The notes beneath the pieces were generated by a model that did not search any database, was not told the origin of the DNA, and saw only the letters and a list, made by a program, of their open reading frames with translations. The translations under genes and the position numbers were made by a program. A DNA stretch of 64,000 bases from Chlorokybus atmophyticus (lineage: Eukaryota > Plantae > Mesostigma and Chlorokybus algae), in assembly GCA_009103225.1 (NCBI GenBank), contig RHPI01003642.1, positions 579,116-643,115 of the forward strand, written 5' to 3'. This document shows, in pieces, positions 36,136-48,805 of this stretch (position 1 is its first letter; each line of letters opens with the position of its first letter).

Positions 36136-39117
36136 AGCATGAAGGGCAAGGCAGAGGCTAGTGCATACTGGCAGTCTGGTGCAGAGCAGCCTTGGCGTTG
36201 CAAATATTGTCAAGTCTTGTTGCAGAGGTCCGTTGTCAGCAAGGTCAAGCAGCACATTGGCTCCCTCACCTGCACCAAAATTCGTGTGGGCCCTGAACAG
36301 TTTGAGAAAATGCCAGGAGCAACGCCCAAGGAGAAGCTCCCTCACGGCTCCGAGTTGCAGCAGCTCACCGACCAAGTTGTGCAGCAAATAAAGGTGAGCT
36401 TGCTTGGTTCATGCTTACATAGTTGCATTTTTGCATGTTTTATTGTCTGTGTCCAAGCTGCTATCTGTATGTATGCTGCTGCTGTAGGTATGCTGCTGCT
36501 AGCTGTATGTATCTCTGTCTGTGTATGCATCTCTGTCTGTTTATGTATCTTTGAAGCTGAAGTAACTAGCCATACAGGACGGTGAGCACTTGGCAAAACC
36601 GGAAGATTGGGGACCTAGCGGCCCCCCCGAAGGTTGGAAGCTGGAGAAGACTTCAACCGGGCACAAATGGGTGTACACGCATCCTCCCAATCCAGCTGCA
36701 TCAGAGCTAAAGGACAAGGGGAAGGAGGAGGAGCAGGAGGAGGAGCAGGAGGTGTCGGATGAGGAGGAATTAGAGGAGGAGGAACCACCAGCAGCTGAGA
36801 CCCCAGCAAAAAAGTCAAGACAAGCATCATCCTCCAAGAAGAACGGCCAGCCTTCAGTTCCACAAACGCCAGCAAAGTCTACCAAAGCAACGCGGTCTGG
36901 AAGTGTAAGCAAGCAGCTACATGCAGCCAAGCTTGTGGATGTAGGGTCTGACGGATGCACACTGACTGACTGAATGCATTTGCCCTGCAGGCGCATGTCA
37001 AGCCCACAGAACTGGCACACCCTACCTGGGACATGGTGCTGGCCACCGAGGAGCTTGTGGACAACTTGAACGAGGTAAGTCCACAACCCGGTCTTGATTG
37101 CTTCAATTTGCGCTTCATTGGTGCACATTTACGAATGGCACAAGCTGTCAAGAAGATGTCTTTAATGTCTAAACGCGTGGAGAGAATGCTAGACCTTGCA
37201 GCTGAGGAAAAACAGAGCTTGCAACAATTGCGGAACACCATTAAAACGGAGAGATCACACTCGCTGACTGTTCTTGACAACATGAATTCTTGTCGTGAAA
37301 TCTTGAAGACTGAAAGAAAACAGCTAGACTTGGACAAGGTCTTTGGTGTGTTTACTCTTTGTGCATTCTGCAGGGGATACACTGACTGGTACACTCACCT
37401 TGAGTTGTATGTGCTTGCAGGCAGCAGCCAAGGCTCTTCTGAAAGAAGCTGCCAGGGAGCACAAGGAGCTGCGCACTGCACGCGAAAAGCTGGAGAAAGA
37501 GCGCAAGGTGCTGGAGGACAGATTACGCAAAGAGGCAAACACTCCCTCAGCTCTGCTGCGCGAGACCCATAACACCGTAAAGATCAACGAGCAGCACCTC
37601 TTGGAGATCAGGCGTATGCTGGCGGGTGGTCTTCAACAAGCTTCAACAAGTAGCTTCCATTCTCTGCCGGGACCCGAGGCGATGGAAGTGGAGGCGAGGA
37701 GCCAGCAGGAGCTGGAGGAGGAGAGGAGGAGGCAGGAGGAGGAGGCAGAAAGGAAGAGGCAGGAGGAGGAGGAGGAGGAGAGGAAGAAGAAGGAGGAGGA
37801 GGAGAGGAAGAGGAAGGAGGAGGAGGAGAGGAAGAGACAGGAGGCGGTCGCACGGCTGCAACAGGAGGCTGCGCGCTTAGGGTTCGTCTTGAAGACGCCG
37901 GAGGTTGAAGAGGAAGAAAAGGAGCAGCAGGCGGAGGAGCGGAAGAGGAGGCTGGAGGAGGAGACGAGAAAGAGGAGGGAGCAGGAGGAGAAGAAAAGGA
38001 GGGAGGAGGCGCTGTTACGGCTACAGCAGGAGGCTGCGCTATTAGGGGTGACCGTGGCCCCACAGCCTTCAGACTCTGCTGCGGGGACCTCACAGCCTTC
38101 ACCTTCCGCTACTTTAACTGAGTCGGAAGAACAAGAGTAGGAAGAACAAGCTTCCAGTGACGAGGACGAGGAGAAAGAACCCGCTCCCGCTGCCACGACA
38201 GCTCCCGCTCCCGCTGCCACGACAGCTCTTGCTCGTAAGTTTTTATCAGTGAATGTGTGAGACTGTAGGAGAGACTGTAGGAGAGACTGTAGGAGAGACT
38301 GAGCTTGTTTATGTGTGTTAGCAAGAGAAAGAATTCGAATTCCAAGAACACATGGAGGGTAGGTCCGGTAAGATTAGCTCAAAAGATGGAGATTACCTGC
38401 TTGTGAGCTTGTGAAAGGTGATCGGTTGCTGTGGTTGCAGAAGCCGGCGAGGATGAGGAGCAGGAGGAGGAGGAGGTGCTGGGGGTTCCCCCGGGAAACG
38501 CATTCCTCGCGCTAGAGGAGTATCTGGCGCAGCAGCAGCTGCAGCAGCAGCAGCAGATAGTGCCAGCACCCCCACAAAACCCAGTTCAAGACATTGACCT
38601 CATGAGGCAAATGTCAGATCTGCAACAGAGGTACCAGGAGCGTGTCAGGCAGATCAGGACGTTGCAGGCCTGGCGGAGCAACATGTCGGAGTTAGTCAGG
38701 GAACAGGTAGAGGAGCGTGACAGGCAGATCAGGAGGTACAGGGCACAGCTTCAAGAGCGAGAGAGAGAGATCACAGCTTACCGCGCACAGCTCAATAGGT
38801 TGCAAGTGTCTCCAACCTACGTTGTGCCTCAAGCATTGGAAGCAGTTCCAATGCCTTCTTCACCTCTCATTGCTATTCCCGCTCTGCTGCCTGGAGGTAG
38901 AGGAGCCATGCCTTTGCCTGCGATTCCCGAGGATACTACACCTCCAGCTGCTCGTCCTGCTCTGCTGCCTTCAGCTCCACGTGGACATGGGCACAGAGGT
39001 AGAGGTAGGGGCTTCTCGCTGGTCATGCATGGATCTTCAGCAGAGTCCACTGGCGGACAAGAAGCTGAACCTCCAACGAGACGACGAGGTGGTCCTCCAC
39101 GCTGCAACACGCACTAG
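36136..39117 (+). CDS. CACTA cargo gene B: BED-like zinc finger, WW-like motif, acidic and long coiled-coil regions; in-frame TAG at 38138-38140
   Basis: YW...WRCKYC...KQHIGSLTC; PPEGWKLEKTSTGHKWVYTHP; E/K/R-rich coiled coil 37420-38050. The frame continues past the TAG (EEQE*EEQASSDEDEE) and can be spliced to ORF 38431-39117. Confidence 0.6.
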
Positions 39118-39240
39118 TTTGGTGATAGTTATGTGTAGATTGCGTGGCTTAGGAGCGACTTACAGTGATGCTGCTGTACATATATACAAGCCCTTTTCTG
39201 CTTAATACCAGACTGCATGCCAAGACACAGCTCACCTTAA

Positions 39241-42200
39241 TCACGCGTACACATGGTAGTTGCGAAACTTGCTGATGTGAGGGTAGGACCGGCCCTGCTC
39301 GCGCCAAGTATCATGATCAAGCTTGACCCAATGCATGAGCTTGCACAAGGTAAGCCTCCCAACAACTTCGCCAGTGTGGTTGTCGTTCACCCTCCAGACA
39401 CCGGGCGCGATGCGTGTAAGGTAATCGACCTCAACCTGCTTGTCCTCCTCTAATATGTTCCTAACCACAGCATACCAAGGTCCGGGATCATCCTCGTCGC
39501 AGGCGTCTTCTTGTGAGTCTTCATCCACGGCAGGTGCCTTGCGCGTGTTTGCTCTCTTACTGCGACGCGGCTGCTGGGTTGCGCGTGCATTGCTGTCGTT
39601 GGGTTGCTCCTGCAACTCTATGCAGAACTCGTTTGCAGGTTCTGTGGGCAACTTCAAGTCCCAAACGTTCTTGGCTTGATCGCGTATTTGCACCACCTCG
39701 CCGACTTGAGGCCAGATGGGGACATCAACATCGCCGGCCTTGACATGCAGGTCAGGGTTCTGCAGATCATATGCTAGTTGCGGAGCTCTGTCAGCCTTGG
39801 AACCAGCTTTGGTCTGCCGACTAGGCAGCAGCATGAACTTTCTCAGGAGTCTGTCAGCTGGAATACATACTTCGTCGGAGCTCAAAGCCTTCACCAGGGC
39901 CGACCATGTGTCAAGGTCGCGGTACAAGGCACCAGCTGTGTCTGTGTACATGACGTATTGGCGACCAGCAATGAAGACTTGAGGCTTCTTCTTGTAGATA
40001 TGCACAAATACTTGCTTCACAGCAATGTAACTGTGGTCGTCTGTTACAACGTTATCAATGCCTAGGGGCGACTCTGTTCTGCACAGTAGAACACAAAGCT
40101 TGGTAGCAGTCAGACAGCAAGCACAACAGCACGTGTGAGGACAACAATAGCAAGCAATCTAACCTGTGAATCTCCCCATTAAGCAGCACAGCCTTGTAGT
40201 GGTAAGCCGTATTCTGCACGAGATGCCTAGCATCTGCTCTGATGTGCCTGCTGACCATCTCAAACCGCTCTGAGCTTAGTGGTGTGGGTTGACCTGGCAG
40301 CTGGCCAATAAGTATGCCTCGAGCAAGAATGTCTTGTGACTCAGACCGGTGTGGACACGTCTCAGCCTTCTTCCAGAGTTCCAAAGCCTTGCTTTGACTG
40401 GGTGCTTCGTACCAGAAACCTCCAACACCGCTGGACACGCGATGGGACCGCAACTGCAGCTGAACGCGTGTTGCAAAGACCATGCCCGTGCGCTGGTCTT
40501 CGCGCAAGACAGTAAGCAGCCGCTCGTACCACAAGCGTACGTGTCGATGTATGTAGCTGAACTCATACTCTTTGTTGTTAATGCTGGTCTCCAAGTGATC
40601 TGAGACAGCGCGCTCGAAGACGTAGCACCAGTACACATCATGGCTGCCGTGGCGGAAGATATCGTCTAGCAGATGACCTGCTCCAGCAGCATGCTCTAGA
40701 GGTCTCAAGTTGTGGCCAAAGCATTCTTCTGAGTTGATACGCCAGTAACGCAGTAAGCTGTCTGCCAGTCTGAGGGTGTCTTCGGTCCAGCCATTGAAGC
40801 GGGAGTGGCGATAGAACAGGCAGATGAGCTTGTGTAAGGACATGAAGACGTCGCGCATGTGCGAAGTCAGCAAGCCCGTTGTCACGTAAGGTGCAAAGTC
40901 CTGCATAAACTTCTCGTAGTCTTCTGCCTTCCACCAGCCCAGCCTATCTGTAATCCCCTTTGGAGAGCGCCCGGATCGCATTTCCTTGATCAAGGCTGCA
41001 GTGAAGTCCTTAAGCCTGGCCTCCACCAAGGGAACATCCACCACCCTTTCGTGCGCTCCCTTTGCAAAAACTGCATGGCAGAGGCCCTTCACTAGACCTT
41101 CACACAAGGTGTGCATGACGTCGTACACCACGTCCTTGAGTGGGCTGAAGCCATAGGCATGGTAGAGGCGCCACAGTTGGCTCCTGCCTGTGACACCTGT
41201 CTCCATGCTGACTTGTGTTCCAATAGCAGGGGTAGCAGCAGTCTCCAGCTTATCAATGTTGGTCAGAGTCTCCTGTTCTTCTCTCTCGGGCCATGGATGT
41301 CTTGAGTGCAAGAAATTCTGATCGTAGCGGTAGACCTTCTTCTGGCAGGTGTTGAGCTCCACTGCTTGGGAGTTGCTAGGACCAGCTGGACCATTGCTGG
41401 TTGATGCAGCAGCACGCTTCTTGCTGGCAGGTTGCTTCTTCTTCTTCTTCTTCTTCTCAGCCGCCTGCTTCTTATTCCTGCTAGCAGACTTTGCCTGGCT
41501 GCTGGACTTGGAAACAGCCTTCTTGCAAGCAGACACCTGCTCGTCGTCGGACTCTGGAGCAGCCTTGCGCTTTACAGGCCTTTGGGCTTCTTCCATGTAG
41601 GGCTGGGCCTTACACCAGCATCTGCGGCAGCCCAAGATGCCACCATCTTTCATCTTCAGTATCTGACACTGGGCTGGGTGGTCACCAGCCCAGATGAGCA
41701 GCATCGCACGCAAGCGTGTGGTAGCACCGGCTGCTTGAGAGTGCAGGTCAGGGCAAACTTCAGAGGTGGGGAGGGCATAATCGCAGGTGAAGCCCTTAAG
41801 CAGTAGTGATTCGAGCTCGTCTATAAGTGGCTTCCGAAAGGGGTCCATGTTGTCAACCCCCTTGGGAAGCTGATCTTTGGGCACAAAACCCACAGGAAGA
41901 AGCGAAGACGTCTGCGCGCTCAACAACTTGCCTCCGTTTAAGATGGCCACGTTAATCATCAGCGTATTGCGGGGGCTGGTGCTGGTTGTGGTGAAGCCGT
42001 CCCAGTGGCCAATGAAGATGAGGTTCCTCGGGTCATCGCAGGCCATATGCTTGAAAGGGCAGGTGACCTGCTCGCAGGTGCGACACCGAAACCTCCACTG
42101 CGGCCCATCATCACTGTCGCCTTCAGTGAAGTGGTGACCTGGTCTGTGAACTGTCTGGCAGTGCTCGCATCCGACTGGCAGCCAGTAGGTCTTCTTGGGG

Positions 42201-43491
42201 TTGAAGAAGTTGGAGATCTCCCTCATACGAGCTCCATCCCAAACTTCATGTTGACTGGCAGGAGATACTGCTGGATCTTTGTCAAGCCACCGCTCTCGGT
42301 GCAGCCAGGCCTGGAGCCATTGATGACAGATGGTTGGCACGCTCAACATAAGCTGCAACCTTGACCTGAGAGGGAGGTAGTAGAAACTCGTGCCTTCCTT
42401 GCGTTTTTGACTGCAGTCTGGGCACTGTTCTTTTGCCATGGCCTTGCGCTCCTTCTCGCGCTGCCGGTAGCTGGAGCGCACCGAGTCTTCGTCTTGCACA
42501 ACGAGCTCAGCATTTGGATAGGGCTTGTCGAACAGGTGGCCGCAGGCACAGACAGAATAATGCAGTGTTGAAGGCATCCCCATGCGCTCAAACATGCCAA
42601 TCAGGCTCTTGCAAGTAGTAGGCAGCTTGAAGCCTTCGCTCTTCTCATCGAAAAATCCCTTCTTAGCCAAAGCCATCAGGGAGCTTTCGCCTTTAAAGAT
42701 GATAGGGAGCAGTTTGTTAAAGCAGTCCTGCGAGACTCCAGCTTCGTCTAGGATGGATGAGATCTCGATTATCTTGTCCAGGTAAGTTGTAGACGTCTGC
42801 TGCAGATCAGGCAACTTGTCTGCATCAAAGCTGTCCAAAGTGGGTTGCACAGTGGGAATGCTCCTCAGCCGTCTGGCCGCCTCGTCTTTGGCTAAGTGCG
42901 CATCGATGACCAAGCGCGGCTGCATGATCTGCGACACAGTAAGGGTGTGTAAGCAACGTGCATGCATGGTCACTTGTTCATCAGCGCAGGCCAAGCGAAG
43001 CAACTTACCAAGCCTTTGCACTTAGAGCAGAGGCAAAGGTCGCGACTGAAGGTTGGAGGCTGCTCAGGCTCAGGCTCTTGGTTGCCAGAATGATCAGATT
43101 GCTCGGCGGCTCCAAAGTCCGGCATCTCTGGAGAACATTGTTCTGCTGTCTGCTGGTTGGACAGGTGTGGTTGATCTTCAGGCGCAGGCTCGGGCTCCAA
43201 GGCAGACGCAGGTGCAGGTTCGGGCTCCAAGGCAGACGCAGGTGCAGGCTCATGCTCCAAGGCAGACGCAGGTGCAGGCAGCTGCAAATCACCTCCTCCT
43301 CCAGTGAGGTGCGGGCTGATGTTTGTTGGACGCGCTTGCTGGGCGGCCCTCATCTCTTTAAGCAGTGACCGTTTAGCACGTACACTGGCTTTGCGTGGCT
43401 TCCCACCAGCATGCTTGATTAGTGCAAGCGTTTCATCAAACTGCTCACGCTCGCGCAGAACAGCAGACTGTTGAACAATGCGTCCTGCCAT
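39241..43491 (-). CDS. CACTA/EnSpm transposase (TnpD-like), 3 exons, ~1,360 aa, no disruption seen
   Basis: Exon 1 43491-~43008 ends CLCSKCKGL|gtaagt and joins IMQPRLVIDAHL (transposase-associated CxCxxC...HL motif). Exon 2: CACGHLF...CPDC...YYLPLRSRL, EVWDG, DPRNL..HWDGF, LIDEL, WAGDHPA, GCRRC, YDVMHTL, WKAEDY, YWCYVFER. Exon 3 (acceptor ~40084) continues in frame to the stop at 39241. Confidence 0.92.
43190..43285 (-). repeat. 30-bp coding tandem repeat (PAPASALEPE x3) in transposase exon 1
   Basis: GCTCCAAGGCAGACGCAGGTGCAGG repeated three times. Confidence 0.85.
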
Positions 43492-44239
43492 GGCTGCAGA
43501 TGATAGCGTGTAAGTCGGACTTGAATACTGCTAACAGTGACAGCAAATGACGGACAACTTGGGGGCTAATAATTGGCAGCAGCGGTCACTGATATCTTGG
43601 ATGTAGCAAACGAAAACGGAGCAACTACAAGCATTCACCTTGAACAAGTGAGACTGCATGCAAGACGCCCAGCAGCAAGCTAACAGACTGTAAGGGAGAC
43701 ACTCTCGACCAAGCCTCACAAACAGAGCAAACTAAGCAACAATAACAAGCTAGCATAGGCCTTATCAGCAAGAGCTCGTGAGCAAAAATAGCTCCTTCTC
43801 CCCAGCAGCTTGTCAGCAGCTCCGCTCCGCAGCAGCAGTTTTGCTCCCCAGCAGCAGCACTTCCGCTTTGCAGCAGCAGCAGTTCCGCTTCGCAGCAGCA
43901 GTTGCTCCGCTCCGCAGCAGCAGCTCAGTTCAACAGCAGCAGCAGCTCAGCCACCGTCCTCAAGAATCCAAGAATCCAGACACAGCTTCATCCAACCTGC
44001 CGCAGCTCAGCTCCAGCTCCAGCTGCTGTGCGATTTTGCCAGATCTGCTTCTTGGTAGAAGTAGCTTCTTCTTATAAGCAGCTCAGCAGCAGCAGCAGCA
44101 GTAGCTCACTGGCTTCTCCAAGTAAACCAGCAGCAGCAGCTCGCGCCGCCGCCTCCTTCTCTTCCTCCAAGCATGCAGCTCAGCATCCGCTCCGACCCAG
44201 CTCAGCTCAGCACCAAGGCTGCTGGTCGGTACGAGGGTG

Positions 44240-44666
44240 TTGTGCCGTTCTCGGCACAAGCCACTGATGTAATCCGCTGCCGGTCACAGCGCAGGAGGAG
44301 AGAAGGCTGCTGCTTTGCTACGGTACAAGTCTAATGTACCGCTCTCGGCATAAGTTTTCTGCACCGGTAGCGGCACAATGATTGACGAACCGTCAACGGA
44401 TCGCTAGTCTCGTGCCGTGATCGGGATGTGGAACCTTGTACCGATCACGGCACCAGCTCTGTTGTGCCGACTTCAGCTTGGACTGTCTTGTGCCGTCAAT
44501 GGCACAAGGGAGCAAAGCCGACGCCGGCACAAGACTGCAGTCTGCGTACCGACCGCAGACGGCTTTTTCTACCAGGAAGTCCCGACGGCACAGCCTGGTT
44601 GTGCCGTCTGCGCCGAAGAAGTTGACTGCTTGTGCCGAGAACGGCACGCACTGCAGGCGCCATGTG
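44240..44666. repeat. Right subterminal repeats and TIR of the CACTA element
   Basis: Many CGGCAC(A)/(T)GTGCCG motifs in both orientations ending in ...CTGCAGGCGCCATGTG. Confidence 0.88.
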
Positions 44667-46129
44667 CATGCTTAATTGGTTAATCATTGGTATTTTACGT
44701 GTTGCAAAACAATCTCGTGTGTGTTATAACTGTAACGTATAGCTTGTGGCACAAGCCTCATGGAAAACAAATGTTTACAAGGGCTGTAACTTTCTTTTGA
44801 AGATAGCACACTTGAAAGGCTCCATCACGCATTACAAAAATCAATTAACATTCAATGAACATATTGCTTTCTTTATGGCATGCAGTTTTGATTGCATCTA
44901 TCTGTTGCATTTGTCTGTTGCATATGCCGCCTATGCAGAATTGGATTCCATGCTGGCTCCGAACTAGCATGCAACGATAAGTTGTTTGCTTGTCGCGGCT
45001 AGCTTGCAAATAATTATCTATGCTGCTGTTCGGTGGTCGTTCCCGTAATGGTGTATGGCATGCAATTAAGCATACATGTATGGCATGCCTGCAATAGTGC
45101 GTGCATCACAGCTGGCAAGCAACACACCATGCTTCAACAATGCCATATACATGTGCGCACGCACAACACATCATCAATACACTAGATTTACTCAACGCAC
45201 AACACCGACAAATACAAGGTGATCAGTTGTCATACACAACTACGTGTGTGAGCGCACACACGTGCTCACATGCTGCAGCTATATTGCAACGGTGATGCCG
45301 CGACACCCTGACAGAGCCAATTCCCCAGCCAGCGCGCAACCATAAATACTAATAGTGCTTACACTCAATATTAATTCCTCGCATATGCCACGCATTCGTG
45401 TCATTGGACTTGAATGTGACCTCTTGATCGAACAAGCTCAAAAAAGACAATTCTTAATAACTTTTTGCTAATTGCAGCAGATACGACGACACGAAGGTGC
45501 CATCACACGCTTGAGGCAAAGGTCCCAATTGCAAAGAATCCTGCACTAGTGCTAGCTGTGTACCTTCGGTTGAGCGAAACAAAAATTGTATACAACTTCA
45601 GAAACGCTGTGTTCTTTGTAAATGTATGTCGGTTTTAACAAAGAAAGAAACCTTGTTGCAATGGTTGGCAACAGCATCGGTTCGTAACTGGTATACAGTC
45701 CCAGATACGATACGTCCGTGGGCTCCGGGACCAGCCGTTGAACGGAAATTCAAACCCTAGGAGCGCACCCGGAACCCGCTGCTGAAAGGCGTCGACGACT
45801 CGTCGTCCTGCTTGTCCGTGTCGCCGGTGTCGGCATCGGCGTGGGCGAGGGCGGTAGATTTTCTGCCATTGCAACTGAGAGGGCTGCTGCTGTGGTCGGG
45901 AAACGCGTGTAATGATTGCTAGACAGGAGACTAGCACGGCAGCATAAGGGGCTCACTGCTGCCTGATAGGTTGCGCATTGCTGTCGTGCATTGTTGATTA
46001 GCTGCTGAAGTTTGCTGCAGCTAGCATTGCTTAGAATTTTTGAAGCACAAGGTTGCTGTGAGTAGCCTGATCTGGGCAGATCAACCCCATCAACCAGCCT
46101 AGACGCTGCTTGGATGGTGCTGAGAAGCT

Positions 46130-48805
46130 GTGCGAGTGGATCTGGCGGGTCTTGTCAGCAGCCTGAGGCTGCTGGTAGGGTTGGACTTGACCGGCCAGCA
46201 GGCGTGTTTGAACAGCAGCAATAGGCGCCGCCTTATGACAATGGGTGCGCCCGCCTCCGTAGCGGGGTGGAGGGCGCAGCTGAGGGACAACATAGCCCAT
46301 GCCCGCCGCAATTTGCGCCTCGTGCTGGAGGACGACGGCGGGCCAGGCGGCTCTTCCAGCTGCAGGCGGGAACACCAGCAGCTTCTTCTTCAGCAGCAGG
46401 TTTTCTCGCCCTCTAGGCGTCCCTGGCGATATGACGCTTACAACACTACTGTCTCTACCTGGCGGGCTTCAGACCTCATGTCCTCCCCATCTTCCTCGCT
46501 GCAGGTGAGTTAAATCTAACACTGTTGAACTACTTAGCTTCAGGTATCTTAAGCTCAGCAGTTCAAGGCAGAGAATGCTTGGACGTCAGCCCCTACGCAC
46601 TGATCGCAATGGCTGCAGTAGCCACGTAGTCACAGTGAATGCCAAACTGAGCTGTCACTGCTAGGTTGCGAAATGCACCAACATACATCAGTAGCGCGAG
46701 AGCATGCGTATGTTTCAACCATCTATTACAAATAGTATGCTGCACGCAGTTGACTGTATAGCACAATATGGATCTGCTGTCCGTCCACTTCCCAGTGCTC
46801 TCAAGCCACTTTCTGCCGAGCTGCGTCTGCATCGATTACTCTCTGAACAACAGGAGGAGCAGTTGGCAAAGCTGGTCGCAGGGCTGGAGGACAAAGGGCG
46901 CAACCAAGGTTCCCCCTTGGAAGCTGACCGCATTCAGCGGGTGATAGCAGATGAGATGATGTCTGTCAAGTCAGAACTGAGTTCTGTCCGAAGCGAGTTA
47001 AGAAATCTGGCAAGTGGTCAGGCTCAAGCTGCAAGTTCCGCCAGTGAAAGCCTGCAGGTAGGTGGCCTGTTTGTTATTCAGTCACGACACAAACCTGTGG
47101 TGCATTGTCAAGTACATAATTGCCGTTGCCAGTTGAGGGAGAGCATAAACCAGCTGGAGAGAGACGTTGCCTTTATGAGGACAACAACAGAACAGACTTT
47201 TGCAAGCCTTTCCGCGGAGTTGAAGCAATTACAGTCGTTTGCGATGGCGGCCATACAAAAGCTGGCTGCAGAGGCTGCGGAAGCACTCAAGGATGCGCAA
47301 ATGTTCAAGTCACAAGCTGCCACAAGTGAGTTGGCCTTGCATTAGCATGCATTTAATGCTGTGCGTGTGCATGCAAGGCTGAGGTTTCAATATGTAGGCC
47401 GAGCTGATCGGGAGCTCCTGGCGAAGAAGAGCGCTGAGTGCCAGCGGCTGCGAGCCCAGCTGGATGAGCGGTTAGCTCAGGAGGCTCAAAGCCGCGATGA
47501 AGCAGAACAGCTGGCCGCGGAGTGTCACCAGCTGCGTGCCAAACTAAGCTTTATCACAATGGAAAGGTCAGCGGACAGGAAGTCGCTCGAGCTCAAGGCT
47601 GCAGCACTGGAGCAGCTGCGCGCGGATGTGCACCAGTCCACGGCTGACCAGCAGGCACTGTCAGCGGATGCTGACGAGGTTGATCGCCTGCGCGAAGCTC
47701 TGGAACACGCAGTCAAGGACAGAGATAAATCAGCAGAGGCTCTCAAGGTCCACATACGCAACACTGATGAGCAAGAGTCAAGGCAAGTAACACACATATT
47801 ATCTGTTGGTGATCTGTTACTTGCCTCAACACCAGCAGACTGTCTGCTATGCCAGTAAAGTCCTGGTGATGGTGTACAAGGGCACGGCTGCTCTGTTGTC
47901 CAACCATATGATGACGTTGTCTGTGTGGCAGGCTGCGCGCTGCATTAGATGAGGCATGTGCCAATGGGCACATGGTCAACGTCCGTGTTCATGAAATGGA
48001 GCGAGAATTGCAGTTGCTAAGAACAGCCGCAGCTCAACGGGCAGAGCAAGAGCAAAAGACAGAACCGGTACCTTCCGAAGCGGCACAGAAACTGGAAAAG
48101 AACATTGCCTCTCTGCAGACCTGGTTTGCCGACATACAAAAGCAGCTTCAAGACCTCCAGGCAGCTCAAGATCAGAAGCCCTTGGCAGCAGAGCTGGCTG
48201 CGCTCGCAACAAAGATTCAGCAGCTCGCTGAAACAGAGAGTGGAATCGCTGCAAAGCTACAGCTCCAGCAGGACTTCCTTGCCTCACAAGCAACATTATC
48301 AAAACCCGCTCCTAAAGTTCCAATGCCAGCAGTTCCAGTCCCGGTCCCAGTTGCAGTTCCAGTTCCAGACCCCGTTGTACCTGAAGTTGCAGCAGAGTTG
48401 CCCAAAACGCTGCGAAAGAAGCCAGCTGCGCTGGCTATCCCCACGTCCAAAGCACAGATAGGCGGAGGGGCTACCTCCTTGGAGCATGTTCGGCTGCGCA
48501 GCACAGCAGGACTTGCTGGTGCCGCTGCCTCAGGACACAACTCCAAGCATGAGATACCTCTTCCCAAGCGCAAGGTTGTGTCGCCTCCACTTACAGATAG
48601 TGAAGGACGCGTGCTGCACATTTTGAGCAATGGCAAAGAGCTGTATCTGGAGCCAGTGTCTGTGCGTGCCCACTTCTTTGAGGAGCTCGCGCACACTGGC
48701 TCAGACGAATCTGCACCCTCGTCGCCGAAGAAGATGCCGAGCCCTCCGTCTTGGTGGAAATCCAGCGGCTTTACTTCTCCGCAAGTCTCAGCAGTATGCC
48801 CATAA
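46130..48805 (+). CDS. Uncharacterised coiled-coil protein, multi-exon; start uncertain
   Basis: Heptad-rich exons (LSEQQEEQLAKLVAGLED, LRESINQLERDVAF, ECQRLRAQLDERLAQE, MERELQLLRTAAAQ) joinable by GT/GC-AG introns; Pro-rich low-complexity C-terminus ending at 48805. Confidence 0.65.

Larger units (their letters stand above)
32481..44666. mobile_element. Complete CACTA/EnSpm (CMC) DNA transposon, 12,186 bp, with transposase and two cargo genes
   Basis: Left end CAT|CACACGGCGCCTGCAG; right end reverse complement CACATGGCGCCTGCAG followed by |CAT (16-bp TIR, 1 mismatch, plus a further shared CCGTTCTCGG; 3-bp TSD). Subterminal CGGCAC/GTGCCG arrays at both ends; Transposase_21-type ORF inside. 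Confidence 0.93.
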
